DNA of 27,804 nt from a virus (taxonomy: Duplodnaviria > Caudoviricetes): IMG/VR virus record IMGVR_UViG_3300022666_000006, positions 1 through 27,804 of that record; one strand, given 5' to 3'. The translations under genes and the position numbers were made by a program. The notes beneath the pieces were generated by a model. That model was not told the DNA's origin and did no database searches. It saw only the letters and a program-made list of their open reading frames with translations. This document shows positions 10,701 to 18,573 of this stretch, one piece after another (position 1 is the first letter of the stretch; each line of letters opens with the position of its first letter).

Positions 10701-13700
10701 CCAGAGGGCTCCATGGGAAGACACGGACAGCGTAACCGGAAGGGATTTTTACAGAACCCTCTCGGATATGATAGGCCGCGATAATCATGAACGGTCCAAT
10801 GGTGCTATCAGGAACGAACCGGACGACAAAGCTGCCTCCGAATACCTCCACTCCCTCGGCATCCGTGGCATTAAATACCTCGACGGAACGAGTCGCGGCA
10901 AGGGTGAAGGCAATTACAACTACGTCATTTTCAACGACATGGACGTGACTATCACGCAGGTCGAGCAGCGCAATAACGGCACCAAGCGCGGCTTCTTCGA
11001 CCTCTCCAACAACACCATTGGCCTGCTGGAAAACGCCGACCTGTCCACCTTCCTGCATGAATCCGCCCATTTCTTCTGGACCGTCATGCGCGATCTGGCT
11101 ACCCGGCCCGACGCGCCCGAGCAGATTGTTGAAGACTACCAGACCCTCCTTGCATGGTTCGGCACCGACAATCCCCAGCGTGAACATCTGGAGCAATTCG
11201 CCCGAGGCTTCGAGCAATACCTTGGCGAAGGCAAGGCACCGACCCCGGAACTGCAACCCCTGTTCCAGCGGTTCAAGGCGTGGATGATCCAGGTCTACCG
11301 CTCCCTTAAAAACCTGAACGTGGACCTCACCGACGAGGTGCGCGGCGTGTTCGACCGGATGATCGCCACCGACGAGGAGATCAAGGCGGCGCGGGAGGGC
11401 GTGGGCGCAAAACCCATCTTCGCCACAGCCGAAGAAGCCGGCATGACTGAGGCCGAGTTCGCGGCATACCAGTCAGACGCTGCCAAGGCAGGCCAGAGGG
11501 AAGAAGAGCGCCTGACCTCCGACCTGATGCGCGAGTACCAGCGTGAGCAGGAGAAATGGTGGAAGGAGCGCCGGGCCGAGGTCCTCTCCGAAGTGGAAGC
11601 GGAGGCCAAGCAGAACCCGGTCTACGAGGCGATCAACCTCCTCACCACCGGCAAACTGTTCGACGGCACCGAGCACCCGGCAGGACCGATGAAGCTCGAC
11701 AAGGAGGAACTCACCCGGCGCTACGGCAAGGAGTTCTTGAAGCGACTCCCGCGAGGTTTCCACCACATCTACGCCACCGAGGGCGGCACGTCCGTCGACC
11801 TCGTAGCCGAGGCGTTTGGCTTCGACTCCGGGGATGCCATGCTCCAGCAGATGATCGAAGCGCCGAAGCTGAAAGATTGGGTCGAGGCCGAGACCGACAT
11901 CAGGATGCGGAAGGAGTACGGCGACAAGCTGACCGACGGCACCATTGCCGAAGACGCCATGTCTGCGGTCCACTCCGACGAGCGGGCCAAGGTGCTCCGG
12001 GCTGAACTGGCGGCTATCCGCAAGAAGCAAAGAGAGGTCAAGCCCTACGTTGACGCGGCCAAGGACCAGGGCAAAGAAGAGCAGGCCCGGTTACAGAAGG
12101 AGCGCGAGTACGAGCGCCGCTGGTTCGAGGCCGAAACCCGGATGAGGATAGCGGTCGAACGCGGGGCCGCACAGGGCGAGATAGACCGGCTCCGCGCCGA
12201 GGTAAAGACCGCCGCCGCCCTGCGCCGGGTCTCCCGCCAGGATATGTATGCCGGCATCCCCCCGGTCGAATCGTTCAAGATGGCTGCCGCGCTCTCCATC
12301 GGCCAGAAGAAGATCTTCGAGATAGACCCGTTCAGCTACGCCAGGGCCGAACAGAAGGCGGCGCGGGAGGCGTTCGACGCCGCGGCAAAGGGTGATTACG
12401 TCAAGGCTGGCGAGGCCAAGCAGCGGCAGATTCTGAACCACTACCTGTACCGGGAAGCGAAGGCGGCAAAGGACGATGCCGAAAAAATCCTTCAGCACGT
12501 CAAAGGGGTCCAATCCAAGCGGGGCCAGGAGCGCATCGCCAAGGCGGGCGGGCCGTTCCTTGACCAGGTGAACGCCCTGCTTGAGCGATACCAATTCCAG
12601 CGCACCTCCAATGCGGAACTGGAGCAGCGCGAGACGCTGCGGGAATGGGCGGCGCGGATGGAGGAGGAGGGGCTGATAATCCCCATCTCCGACGAGATGC
12701 TGGAGGCGGCAACGGTCATCAACTACCGGCAGGCAACCACTGACGAACTGTGGGCGTTTTACGACGCCCTGCGGGTCATCGAGTCGGCGGCCCGGCAATA
12801 CCGGGAGTTCCGCACTCAAAACGACCTGCTGGAGTGGGAAGATGTCAAGGACGATCTGGTCGGGGCAATCTTGAACGCCGACCTGAAATCCACCGGGGAG
12901 CTGGGCAGGCCCAACAACAAAATGAAGCTCCGCAAAGGGCTCAAGGTCAAGGGAGCGGCGGCATGGCGCTGGTTCGACGCCGAGCACCTGAAGATCGAGC
13001 AGATGGTGGAGTGGCTGGACAGTGGCAGGATTGATGGTCCGTGGGCGAAATACTTCTTCGACATGGCCGACCACGCGCAAACGAAAGAGTACGACTATCA
13101 CGCCACGGTCACCAAGGCACTGCAAGATCTGAACGACCTGATGCCGAAAGAATGGCATGGCCGGATGTTGGACGATACCAGGGCAAGACTCCGGGGCATC
13201 GACGGGGCGGTCAACCGCTACACCCTGATATCCATCGCGCTCAACACCGGCAACGAGGGCAACCTGCAGCAACTCCTTGACGGGAACATGTGGAACGAAG
13301 AGGAACTGGACGCGGCTCTGGAGGAACTTTCCGCCGAGGATTGGCAGTATATCCAGGGCGTGTGGGACATCATTGACTCGCTCTGGCCGGAAATCGAGGC
13401 GCTCCAGAAGAGGATGACTGGTCTGCCGCCCAAGAAGGTCGAGGCGCGGGAGATCCAGAACCAGCACGGCACCTTCCGCGGTGGCTACTTCCCGCTGGTC
13501 TACGACCCGAAAACCTCGCAGGTGGGCGAGAAGCAGGCGGCGGCAGGCGAGGATGTGACCGGCTTTCTCAAGATGAACTACGGCAATGCGGCTACCTTCA
13601 AGGGTCACACCAAAGAGAGGATGGAGACGGTTGTTGCCCGCCCACTGCTGGACTTCGAGAAGGTGGTGGCGCGGCACATGGGCAAGGTCATCAAAGACCT

Positions 13701-14919
13701 GTCGCACCGCGAGGCGATATTCAACCTGAACCGGATACTCCGGGCTCCCGAGATAAAAGCCCTCCTCACCGACCGGATGGGGGAGGACTACTACCGGCAG
13801 ATGCGGGCCTGGATGCAGACGCTGATATCCGACCGGGCCGACTCCTTGGCGTCCGAGGTAACACTGCTCCCGAGGTTGGCGCGGGGACTACGGACCAACA
13901 CGGCAATCGTCACGATGGGGTTCAAGATCTCGACCGCCCTATCTCAGTTCGCCGGGTTCGGACCCTCCGTCGACCTGGTGGGCTACCGCAACATGACCAA
14001 GGCGCTGATCCAGGCAATGGCGCATCCTGGCCGGGTGTGGCAGACGATCACCGAGAAGTCTGGCGAGATGCGGCACCGGGCCGGGACCATCGACCGCGAC
14101 ATGAAGGAAGAACTGATGAAGTTGCGCGGGGTGCGGGGCAAGGCGGCTGCCGTCAAGCGGACCGCGTTCATCCTGACCGCAATGGCCGACCGGGTGGTCT
14201 CGGTCCCAACCTGGCTGGCTGGCTACAACAAGGCTATCGGCGAAGGGCTGTCAGAAGGAGATGCTATCCGCATGGGTGACCGGGCGGTTCGCCTCTCTCA
14301 GGGTGGCGGCGGGGCCAAGGACCTGGCGGCGGTCCAGCGGGAAAACGAGTTGATGAAGCTGTTGACGATGTACTACACACCGTTTAGCGCCTTGTATGCC
14401 CGGCTGCGGGATGTGGGGCATACCACTCGTGGGCCGAAGGATCTGCCGCGGGCGGTCGCCCGGACCATCGCACTGGTCATTCTCCCGGCAGTGCTGAGTG
14501 ATTTGTTGGTCGGCAGGGGGCCAGATGATGACGAAGACGATGTTTGGTGGGCGGCGCGGAAGGTGACGCTTTACCCGTTCCAGTCGGTCCCGTTCGTGCG
14601 CGATGTGGCGAACGTGGTCTTCGAGCCCAAACTGGCAAAGCTCGGCGGTGCGTCTGCCAAATTCAAGCCGGGGTATAAGATAACCCCGATGGAGGACTCG
14701 GTCCGCAAAGTCATAAAGGCTATCGAAAATCTCAGTGGCGCATGGGACGGTGACAAGCCGTGGGACGATGTGGCGTGGGATGCTTTCGAGGCCAGTGGGT
14801 ATCTGTTCGGACTCCCGACCGCACAGACACGGATAACCGGCGAATACTTGGAAGATATGTTGACCGAGGGGGATAATCAGGATAATCTGAGCGGAATAGT
14901 GTTTCGCCGCCACAAATAA
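7720..14919 (+). CDS. Large ejection protein (T7 gp16-like position), polyvalent, with PARP-like ART and zincin-like peptidase domains
   Basis: 2399 aa. WHGSPH...GTGEGAQAYGYGLYFA...GIRGIKY...NYVIF at about 10120-10940; RGFF....ADLSTFLHESAHFF with HExxH at 11056-11070; C-terminal GGYFPLVYDP and RLSQGGG..KDL regions as in BPP-1-like large virion proteins. Confidence 0.85.
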   Translation: MASVDDYLGVIDSDSSDRRTRLKSSLYSAADSSPDAESALVKISRRSGIPVEALRLDNGQEAKRRIAAEDADHLIDNAPATADLLSDPETAKALWDDAQALVGVEDVFKVKPVNPMSIASPNDRSAAKRAPGVMRALWEGAKASPELVNQSLARTGQAVAEFVDWSLQVFPDDTGVRKRVSEIAKDSADYWKRAAKAKMGTYAPGSAESYAQQAGSSIGTSALAAPFGMGGENAALAMFGLFADGGYQEMRDAGYNPLAAGAVDVSNRIMEGLTEKIGLDRIYKGGDDVLKTAIKFTLGDLGGEEINTIYNAISDKVNLKPDMTWGDLAQQVLDTAIVTGIAGPLQGASMSGAARVSESLYSAYERRNAIKQQTDFLTALGDSVKSTKSFERLPEKVQELVKRLKEQAGGSVDNVYIPADRWSMLWQDANLDPGDVAEEILGDRQQYQEAVAANSDIVIPLENFIKLAGTDNYNEILNDVRLNPGEMTPREHAEWTQNMDAEVERILAEAQGEEAAAAPDRQVYDDVLGQLIAIGTERGTAEKQAALWQATMRTLAARAGTDAMTLFRQYAPTVTRPLPDVLAKRVSVDMQIDPLIDRLRAGDLGAKEADIFGPSLIEFIRSKGGLKDSGGELKSRDAGKGIVRKNGMELDRAREAAVESGYLPEDATISDFLDALDAELRGKPRYSPGNQNNALLEERETLQQFKDFLDQNGIDLEGMSNEEVRKVLGQGATQGAMWQYPAISPEDAKVAKQQVVAALATVAPESTRAMQLEIMLGQYNAIIDGGASYADFQPAALFQSAWHGSPHTFGKFSLDAIGTGEGAQAYGYGLYFAGSKEVAEWYKEKLSRDDGTIVRRLLDAINNAGVSTSTLPMEAFYLFAAEYAYNKGDMAATLKNASKTIRMYESDGQHEEASDLSAVKDAVESAAANGADFPTVSAGRLYKVELAPEEDEYLLWDKPLSEQSEKVKAAISDDKKLDEWFNSQKRRDAGVKLSQRAPWEDTDSVTGRDFYRTLSDMIGRDNHERSNGAIRNEPDDKAASEYLHSLGIRGIKYLDGTSRGKGEGNYNYVIFNDMDVTITQVEQRNNGTKRGFFDLSNNTIGLLENADLSTFLHESAHFFWTVMRDLATRPDAPEQIVEDYQTLLAWFGTDNPQREHLEQFARGFEQYLGEGKAPTPELQPLFQRFKAWMIQVYRSLKNLNVDLTDEVRGVFDRMIATDEEIKAAREGVGAKPIFATAEEAGMTEAEFAAYQSDAAKAGQREEERLTSDLMREYQREQEKWWKERRAEVLSEVEAEAKQNPVYEAINLLTTGKLFDGTEHPAGPMKLDKEELTRRYGKEFLKRLPRGFHHIYATEGGTSVDLVAEAFGFDSGDAMLQQMIEAPKLKDWVEAETDIRMRKEYGDKLTDGTIAEDAMSAVHSDERAKVLRAELAAIRKKQREVKPYVDAAKDQGKEEQARLQKEREYERRWFEAETRMRIAVERGAAQGEIDRLRAEVKTAAALRRVSRQDMYAGIPPVESFKMAAALSIGQKKIFEIDPFSYARAEQKAAREAFDAAAKGDYVKAGEAKQRQILNHYLYREAKAAKDDAEKILQHVKGVQSKRGQERIAKAGGPFLDQVNALLERYQFQRTSNAELEQRETLREWAARMEEEGLIIPISDEMLEAATVINYRQATTDELWAFYDALRVIESAARQYREFRTQNDLLEWEDVKDDLVGAILNADLKSTGELGRPNNKMKLRKGLKVKGAAAWRWFDAEHLKIEQMVEWLDSGRIDGPWAKYFFDMADHAQTKEYDYHATVTKALQDLNDLMPKEWHGRMLDDTRARLRGIDGAVNRYTLISIALNTGNEGNLQQLLDGNMWNEEELDAALEELSAEDWQYIQGVWDIIDSLWPEIEALQKRMTGLPPKKVEAREIQNQHGTFRGGYFPLVYDPKTSQVGEKQAAAGEDVTGFLKMNYGNAATFKGHTKERMETVVARPLLDFEKVVARHMGKVIKDLSHREAIFNLNRILRAPEIKALLTDRMGEDYYRQMRAWMQTLISDRADSLASEVTLLPRLARGLRTNTAIVTMGFKISTALSQFAGFGPSVDLVGYRNMTKALIQAMAHPGRVWQTITEKSGEMRHRAGTIDRDMKEELMKLRGVRGKAAAVKRTAFILTAMADRVVSVPTWLAGYNKAIGEGLSEGDAIRMGDRAVRLSQGGGGAKDLAAVQRENELMKLLTMYYTPFSALYARLRDVGHTTRGPKDLPRAVARTIALVILPAVLSDLLVGRGPDDDEDDVWWAARKVTLYPFQSVPFVRDVANVVFEPKLAKLGGASAKFKPGYKITPMEDSVRKVIKAIENLSGAWDGDKPWDDVAWDAFEASGYLFGLPTAQTRITGEYLEDMLTEGDNQDNLSGIVFRRHK

Positions 14920-14930
14920 GGAGGCACCAA

Positions 14931-16595
14931 TTGACACTGGCTACAACCACGAACAAAGCGACGTTCCAAGGGTCTGGCACCACCGGACCATTTTCCTTTA
15001 CCTTCCCGTTTTTTGCAGATGCAGATATTAAAGTTTACAAAGTTGTGTCGGGCGTAGCCTCGCTCTTGACCATCACGACCGACTACACAATCACCGGGGC
15101 CGGGAGCGGTTCTGGTGGAGCGGTTACCACTGTGTCGGCGCTGGCGTCCGGGGAGTCCCTCATTGTCCTGCGGGACATGACCATCAATCAGTCGACCGAC
15201 CTCGCCAACCAGGGCGCATTTTACGCCGAGACTATCGAGGATGCGCTGGACCGGCTGACGATGTTCTCCCAGCAACTCAAGGAACAATCCGACCGGGCCA
15301 TCAAGCTGCCGATTGCTGACCCGACCGATACCACCGCGCTGGCTACCAACCTGCAACTGCTGGCCGGAATAGCCGCCGACATCGCTACTGTGGCGGCTGC
15401 CGTGGCCGACGTGAGCACTGTTGCCGGGATGTCGACCGATGTTGCTACTGTGGCGGACAACTTGGCCGACGTAACCAATTTTTCCGATGTCTACCAGGGG
15501 CCGTATGCTACCGACCCGGCAACCAGGAACGACGCCAGCGCCCTACATCCCGGCGACCTGTACTTCAACACGACTACCGACGTGATGATGATCTACACCG
15601 GCAACGGATGGATCGCCCCGGCGTCGCCCGATGCTGTGGGTGTCAATTTTGATACGGCAAGCGGGGACGGGTCGACAACCTCCTTTACCCTTGAAGGTCT
15701 GGTGCTGGCGTCTCTTGACGCTATCGAGGTTTTTGTGGGGGGGGTGTTCCAGCGACCCACCATTGATTACACCGCACGGGCAAGTTACGTGCCAGCGCTC
15801 CAAACCTATTCCGCGGTTATTACCTTTACTTCCGCCCCGGCAGTCGGGACCGATAACATTTCGTTCCGCTGGTACTCTTCGATAGCGGTCGGCACCCCAA
15901 ACAACAACAGCGTTTCTACCATCAAGATCCAGAATGGCGCGGTCACCAAGGAAAAGCTGGCATCTGACGCCATAGACGAGACCAACGTCAATCTCTCCGA
16001 CGTAACCACCGGGAACGTGTCCGCCGCGGCGCACGGCTTCTGCCCCAAGTTCCCCGACAATACGACTACATTCCTGCGGGGCGACGGTTCCTACGCCTCA
16101 CCCGATGGTGGGGATGCTGGCACTGTTGACGGACTACATGCCGCCGATATCTGCAATTACGCCGAATCGTGGGTAACTACGCAGGTCTCCAGCGCAAAGT
16201 CGATCCCGTGGGACGATACCATCCCCCAGTCCGGGGAAGGGGCGCAACTCACCACCGTCAGCATTACCCCCAAGTCCGCGACCAACCGCCTCATTATTGA
16301 CGTGTCGGTCTACTGTGACGCGTTTGCAACCTTCCTTCCCGTGGTGGCACTGTTCAAGGATTCCGAGGCCGGTGCGCGGGCGGTCGGGTGCAAATACTCC
16401 CCGTCCGGCGATTACCTCACCTGCGTCAGCTTCAGGTACTCAATGGTGGCGGGTGGAACCTCGGCCATTACGTTCAAGCTCCGCTTCGGCGGGGCAGGGG
16501 GCGGCACGGTCTATGTTAACGGCACCGGTGGAGATGGGCGGCGCTTCGGCGGGGTGATGCGGTCCGGCCTAACCGTAACCGAAATCACTGAATAA
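14931..16595 (+). CDS. Tail fibre protein (T7 gp17-type N-terminal adaptor)
   Basis: 554 aa; TTG start after AAGGAGG. N-terminal G.G.T..F.FTFPF...DI.V...DYTITG..., then Q.TDL.NQG.FY.E.IEDALDRLTM..QQL, a coiled-coil, and a C-terminal beta domain (IPWDDTIPQ..EG..ITPKS). Confidence 0.88.
   Translation: MTLATTTNKATFQGSGTTGPFSFTFPFFADADIKVYKVVSGVASLLTITTDYTITGAGSGSGGAVTTVSALASGESLIVLRDMTINQSTDLANQGAFYAETIEDALDRLTMFSQQLKEQSDRAIKLPIADPTDTTALATNLQLLAGIAADIATVAAAVADVSTVAGMSTDVATVADNLADVTNFSDVYQGPYATDPATRNDASALHPGDLYFNTTTDVMMIYTGNGWIAPASPDAVGVNFDTASGDGSTTSFTLEGLVLASLDAIEVFVGGVFQRPTIDYTARASYVPALQTYSAVITFTSAPAVGTDNISFRWYSSIAVGTPNNNSVSTIKIQNGAVTKEKLASDAIDETNVNLSDVTTGNVSAAAHGFCPKFPDNTTTFLRGDGSYASPDGGDAGTVDGLHAADICNYAESWVTTQVSSAKSIPWDDTIPQSGEGAQLTTVSITPKSATNRLIIDVSVYCDAFATFLPVVALFKDSEAGARAVGCKYSPSGDYLTCVSFRYSMVAGGTSAITFKLRFGGAGGGTVYVNGTGGDGRRFGGVMRSGLTVTEITE
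15378..15473 (+). repeat. 30-bp / 10-aa tandem repeat in the tail fibre shaft
   Basis: GACATCGCTACTGTGGCGGCTGCCGTGGCC / GACGTGAGCACTGTTGCCGGGATGTCGACC / GATGTTGCTACTGTGGCGGACAACTTGGCC / GACGTA, encoding DIATVAAAVA-DVSTVAGMST-DVATVADNLA-DV. Confidence 0.75.
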
Positions 16596-16605
16596 GGAGA
16601 CCGAT

Positions 16606-16884
16606 TTGAGCCAGCGACCCGACAATTCGCAATGCCAGGAACACTCAGGGATGTTTACCAGGATGAACATTGGGATTGGCCTACTGTCAATCTTGGTCGG
16701 GCTGTTTGGCTACAGTTCATTCGTTCAGATCCCGCGACTGGAGTCCTACATGAAGGATCAGTATTCCGGGCTTGATAAAAGAATGATGATGGCGGAACGG
16801 GACATCTCGCAAGGGAAGATCGAAGACGAACGCATCAAAGCACAACGCAATGCCGACCATCCGGCAAAGGACAAGTTCCAATGA
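16606..16884 (+). CDS. Single-TM membrane protein, putative holin/antiholin-like
   Basis: TTG start after AAGGAG; C.EHSG motif, one hydrophobic segment (IGIGLLSILVGLFGYSSF) and a charged coiled tail; first gene of the lysis region. Confidence 0.55.
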   Translation: MSQRPDNSQCQEHSGMFTRMNIGIGLLSILVGLFGYSSFVQIPRLESYMKDQYSGLDKRMMMAERDISQGKIEDERIKAQRNADHPAKDKFQ

Positions 16885-17072
16885 TTTGCCCTCACTCCTC
16901 CCGGTGCGAATGGTTGCGTCGGTTCGGGGTGAGGACGTGCCACCGGATGTTCTGGGCCGACCGGTGCAAGCCGGTAGATGGGGTTGACGATGAGGCAGCA
17001 GAAGATACAGGAGGACCGGGGAGCATTGAGAGTCCCCGAGAAGAAACCGCCGAAACACTGCGCGAGGTGTGA
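16881..17072 (+). CDS. Small Cys-rich hypothetical protein
   Basis: 63 aa; ATGA overlap with the upstream gene; four Cys in the N-terminal half. Confidence 0.4.
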   Translation: MICPHSSRCEWLRRFGVRTCHRMFWADRCKPVDGVDDEAAEDTGGPGSIESPREETAETLREV

Positions 17073-17136
17073 CCACTGGATGGACAACACGGCGACCGAA
17101 TGTGGAATATGCGGCGGGCCGCTGCGGAAAGGATAG
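16990..17136 (+). CDS. 48-aa zinc-ribbon microprotein (not in ORF track)
   Basis: Hand translation gives MRQQKIQEDRGALRVPEKKPPKHCARCDHWMDNTATECGICGGPLRKG*, with a CxxC-x10-CxxCG pattern. The true start could be TTG further inside. Confidence 0.55.
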   Translation: MRQQKIQEDRGALRVPEKKPPKHCARCDHWMDNTATECGICGGPLRKG

Positions 17137-17138
17137 AG

Positions 17139-17264
17139 ATGCCCTGTGACGGAATGCGCTGCCCCATCAACGGGCAGGCTTGCGACAAGCGCACTAACAA
17201 CGAGGAGCCGATAGATGGCCCCTGGCCGGATATGAAGCCGAGCGCGAGAGACCATGCAGATTGA
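17139..17264 (+). CDS. 41-aa Cys-containing microprotein (not in ORF track)
   Basis: Hand translation gives MPCDGMRCPINGQACDKRTNNEEPIDGPWPDMKPSARDHAD*. AAAGGA lies upstream; the ORF fills the gap and overlaps the endolysin start. Confidence 0.4.
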   Translation: MPCDGMRCPINGQACDKRTNNEEPIDGPWPDMKPSARDHAD

Positions 17265-17817
17265 TAGGAAGAAATTCTTCGACGGATACCGCGCCGCCTT
17301 CGGCAAGCTGGAGCAGGGCCAGGTGGATGGGTTGGAGTTCCTGCTGGGCAAGCTGGAGGTCGACCCCGACATTCTCTGGCTGTCGTGGGCGGCGTATATG
17401 CTGGCGACGGTCAAACATGAGACCGGCGATACCTTCCGACCGATCAAAGAGTTCGGTCGAGGCAAGGGCAAGAAGTACGGCATCCCCACCAGAAGCGGAA
17501 AGATTTATTACGGGCGCGGCTACGTCCAGCTTACCTGGGAACGGAACTACCTGATCATGGGGCCGTATGTCGGTGAGGATCTGGCAAGTCATCCCGACCG
17601 GGCGCTGGACCCTGACGTTGCCTACAACATCATGAGCGTAGGGATGAGGAAGGGGATGTTCACGGGGCGGAAACTCTCGGACTACCTCAACGCCGAGTCC
17701 CGCGACTACCAGAACGCTCGTCGCATCATCAATTCGGTGGACTGTGCCGAGAAAATTGCCCGGTACGCGGTCCGGTTCGAGGAGATACTGGAATCGGCCA
17801 TAATCGGGGAAGGGTAA
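17254..17817 (+). CDS. Endolysin, glycoside hydrolase family 19 (chitinase-like)
   Basis: AYMLATVKHETG.TF.PI.E, YYGRGYVQLTW..NY and ARRIIN motifs. Confidence 0.92.
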   Translation: MQIDRKKFFDGYRAAFGKLEQGQVDGLEFLLGKLEVDPDILWLSWAAYMLATVKHETGDTFRPIKEFGRGKGKKYGIPTRSGKIYYGRGYVQLTWERNYLIMGPYVGEDLASHPDRALDPDVAYNIMSVGMRKGMFTGRKLSDYLNAESRDYQNARRIINSVDCAEKIARYAVRFEEILESAIIGEG

Positions 17818-17913
17818 GGTAAGGGTCGGGCCAGGAAAAGCCCTCAGAATTGAAATATGGGCGTTGCGCCCGTAGACCCGCATAAACAAAGGCTTTACGA
17901 AAGGAGCGGTCAG

Positions 17914-18195
17914 ATGATAGGCAAATTTCTAAAGGGCAGGCTCAGGGAGGCTTCCACGTATCGCGGACTCCTGGTCATTGTCGGCATGTTCGGGATATCA
18001 TTTTCCCCGGAACAGTCCGAGGCTATCATTGGGGGCTGCCTCGCGGTCTACGGTATCCTCGCCGCCTTCCTCCCCGACAAGTTCGGAGAGAAGAAGGATG
18101 CGCCGATTCCGATCCCCGAGGCAAAAGAGATTGAGCGCCGCATCGAGTCCGGCCCGACTCCCTGGAACGGCAAGACACCCGGACAGTTTCCGTGA
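17914..18195 (+). CDS. Holin (two TM segments)
   Basis: ATG at 17914 after AAAGGAG. RL.E.STYRGL motif, with TM segments GLLVIVGMFGISF and AIIGGCLAVYGILAAFL. Confidence 0.7.
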   Translation: MIGKFLKGRLREASTYRGLLVIVGMFGISFSPEQSEAIIGGCLAVYGILAAFLPDKFGEKKDAPIPIPEAKEIERRIESGPTPWNGKTPGQFP

Positions 18196-18285
18196 GGTTC
18201 TCCGTCGGCAAATCGTTCCGGTGTGACCCGGAGTATTTCTTTCTGCGGCTATGGAAGCGCCTGTTCGGGCGCAAGGAGGATGTAT

Positions 18286-18561
18286 ATGTGGACATGGATC
18301 AAAGCGGCATGGGGTGCGGCGGCGGATCTTCTTCTGCCGACGCTGAAACTGTTTCTCTCGGACATCGGGCCTGCTCTCGGAAAAGCGGCTGTCAGTGCGG
18401 TCGGCATCGTGGCGCAGGATCTGGCGGGCAAGACGGGCGGTGAGAAGCGCGATGCTGCTTACCGGCTCATTCTTGACGAACTGAAGGACCAGGGCATAAC
18501 GGCTGCGGAATCGGCCATCAACGCCGCGATAGAGGTCGCGGTCTTAAAACTCAAACAGTAA
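18286..18561 (+). CDS. LL-H-holin-like lysis-cassette protein
   Basis: ATG at 18286 after AAGGAGG. G.EKRD.A...I.AAIE.AV..LK signature and an amphipathic N-terminus. Confidence 0.55.
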   Translation: MWTWIKAAWGAAADLLLPTLKLFLSDIGPALGKAAVSAVGIVAQDLAGKTGGEKRDAAYRLILDELKDQGITAAESAINAAIEVAVLKLKQ

Positions 18562-18573
18562 GGGGGTGTTGTC

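Noticed and set aside
12091-13707. Long antisense ORFs (538 aa here; also 2561-3466 and 6104-6943)
   Set aside because: They are shadows of GC-rich sense genes, with no recognisable motifs or RBS.
14931-14960. TTGACA as an internal promoter
   Set aside because: It is the TTG start codon of the tail fibre gene, and there is no -10 element at 16-18 bp.
17823-17896. Hammerhead ribozyme, c-di-GMP riboswitch or dif site
   Set aside because: There is no CUGANGA core on either strand, no GEMM consensus and no XerD arm (TTATGTTAAAT); it is kept only as an unassigned structure.
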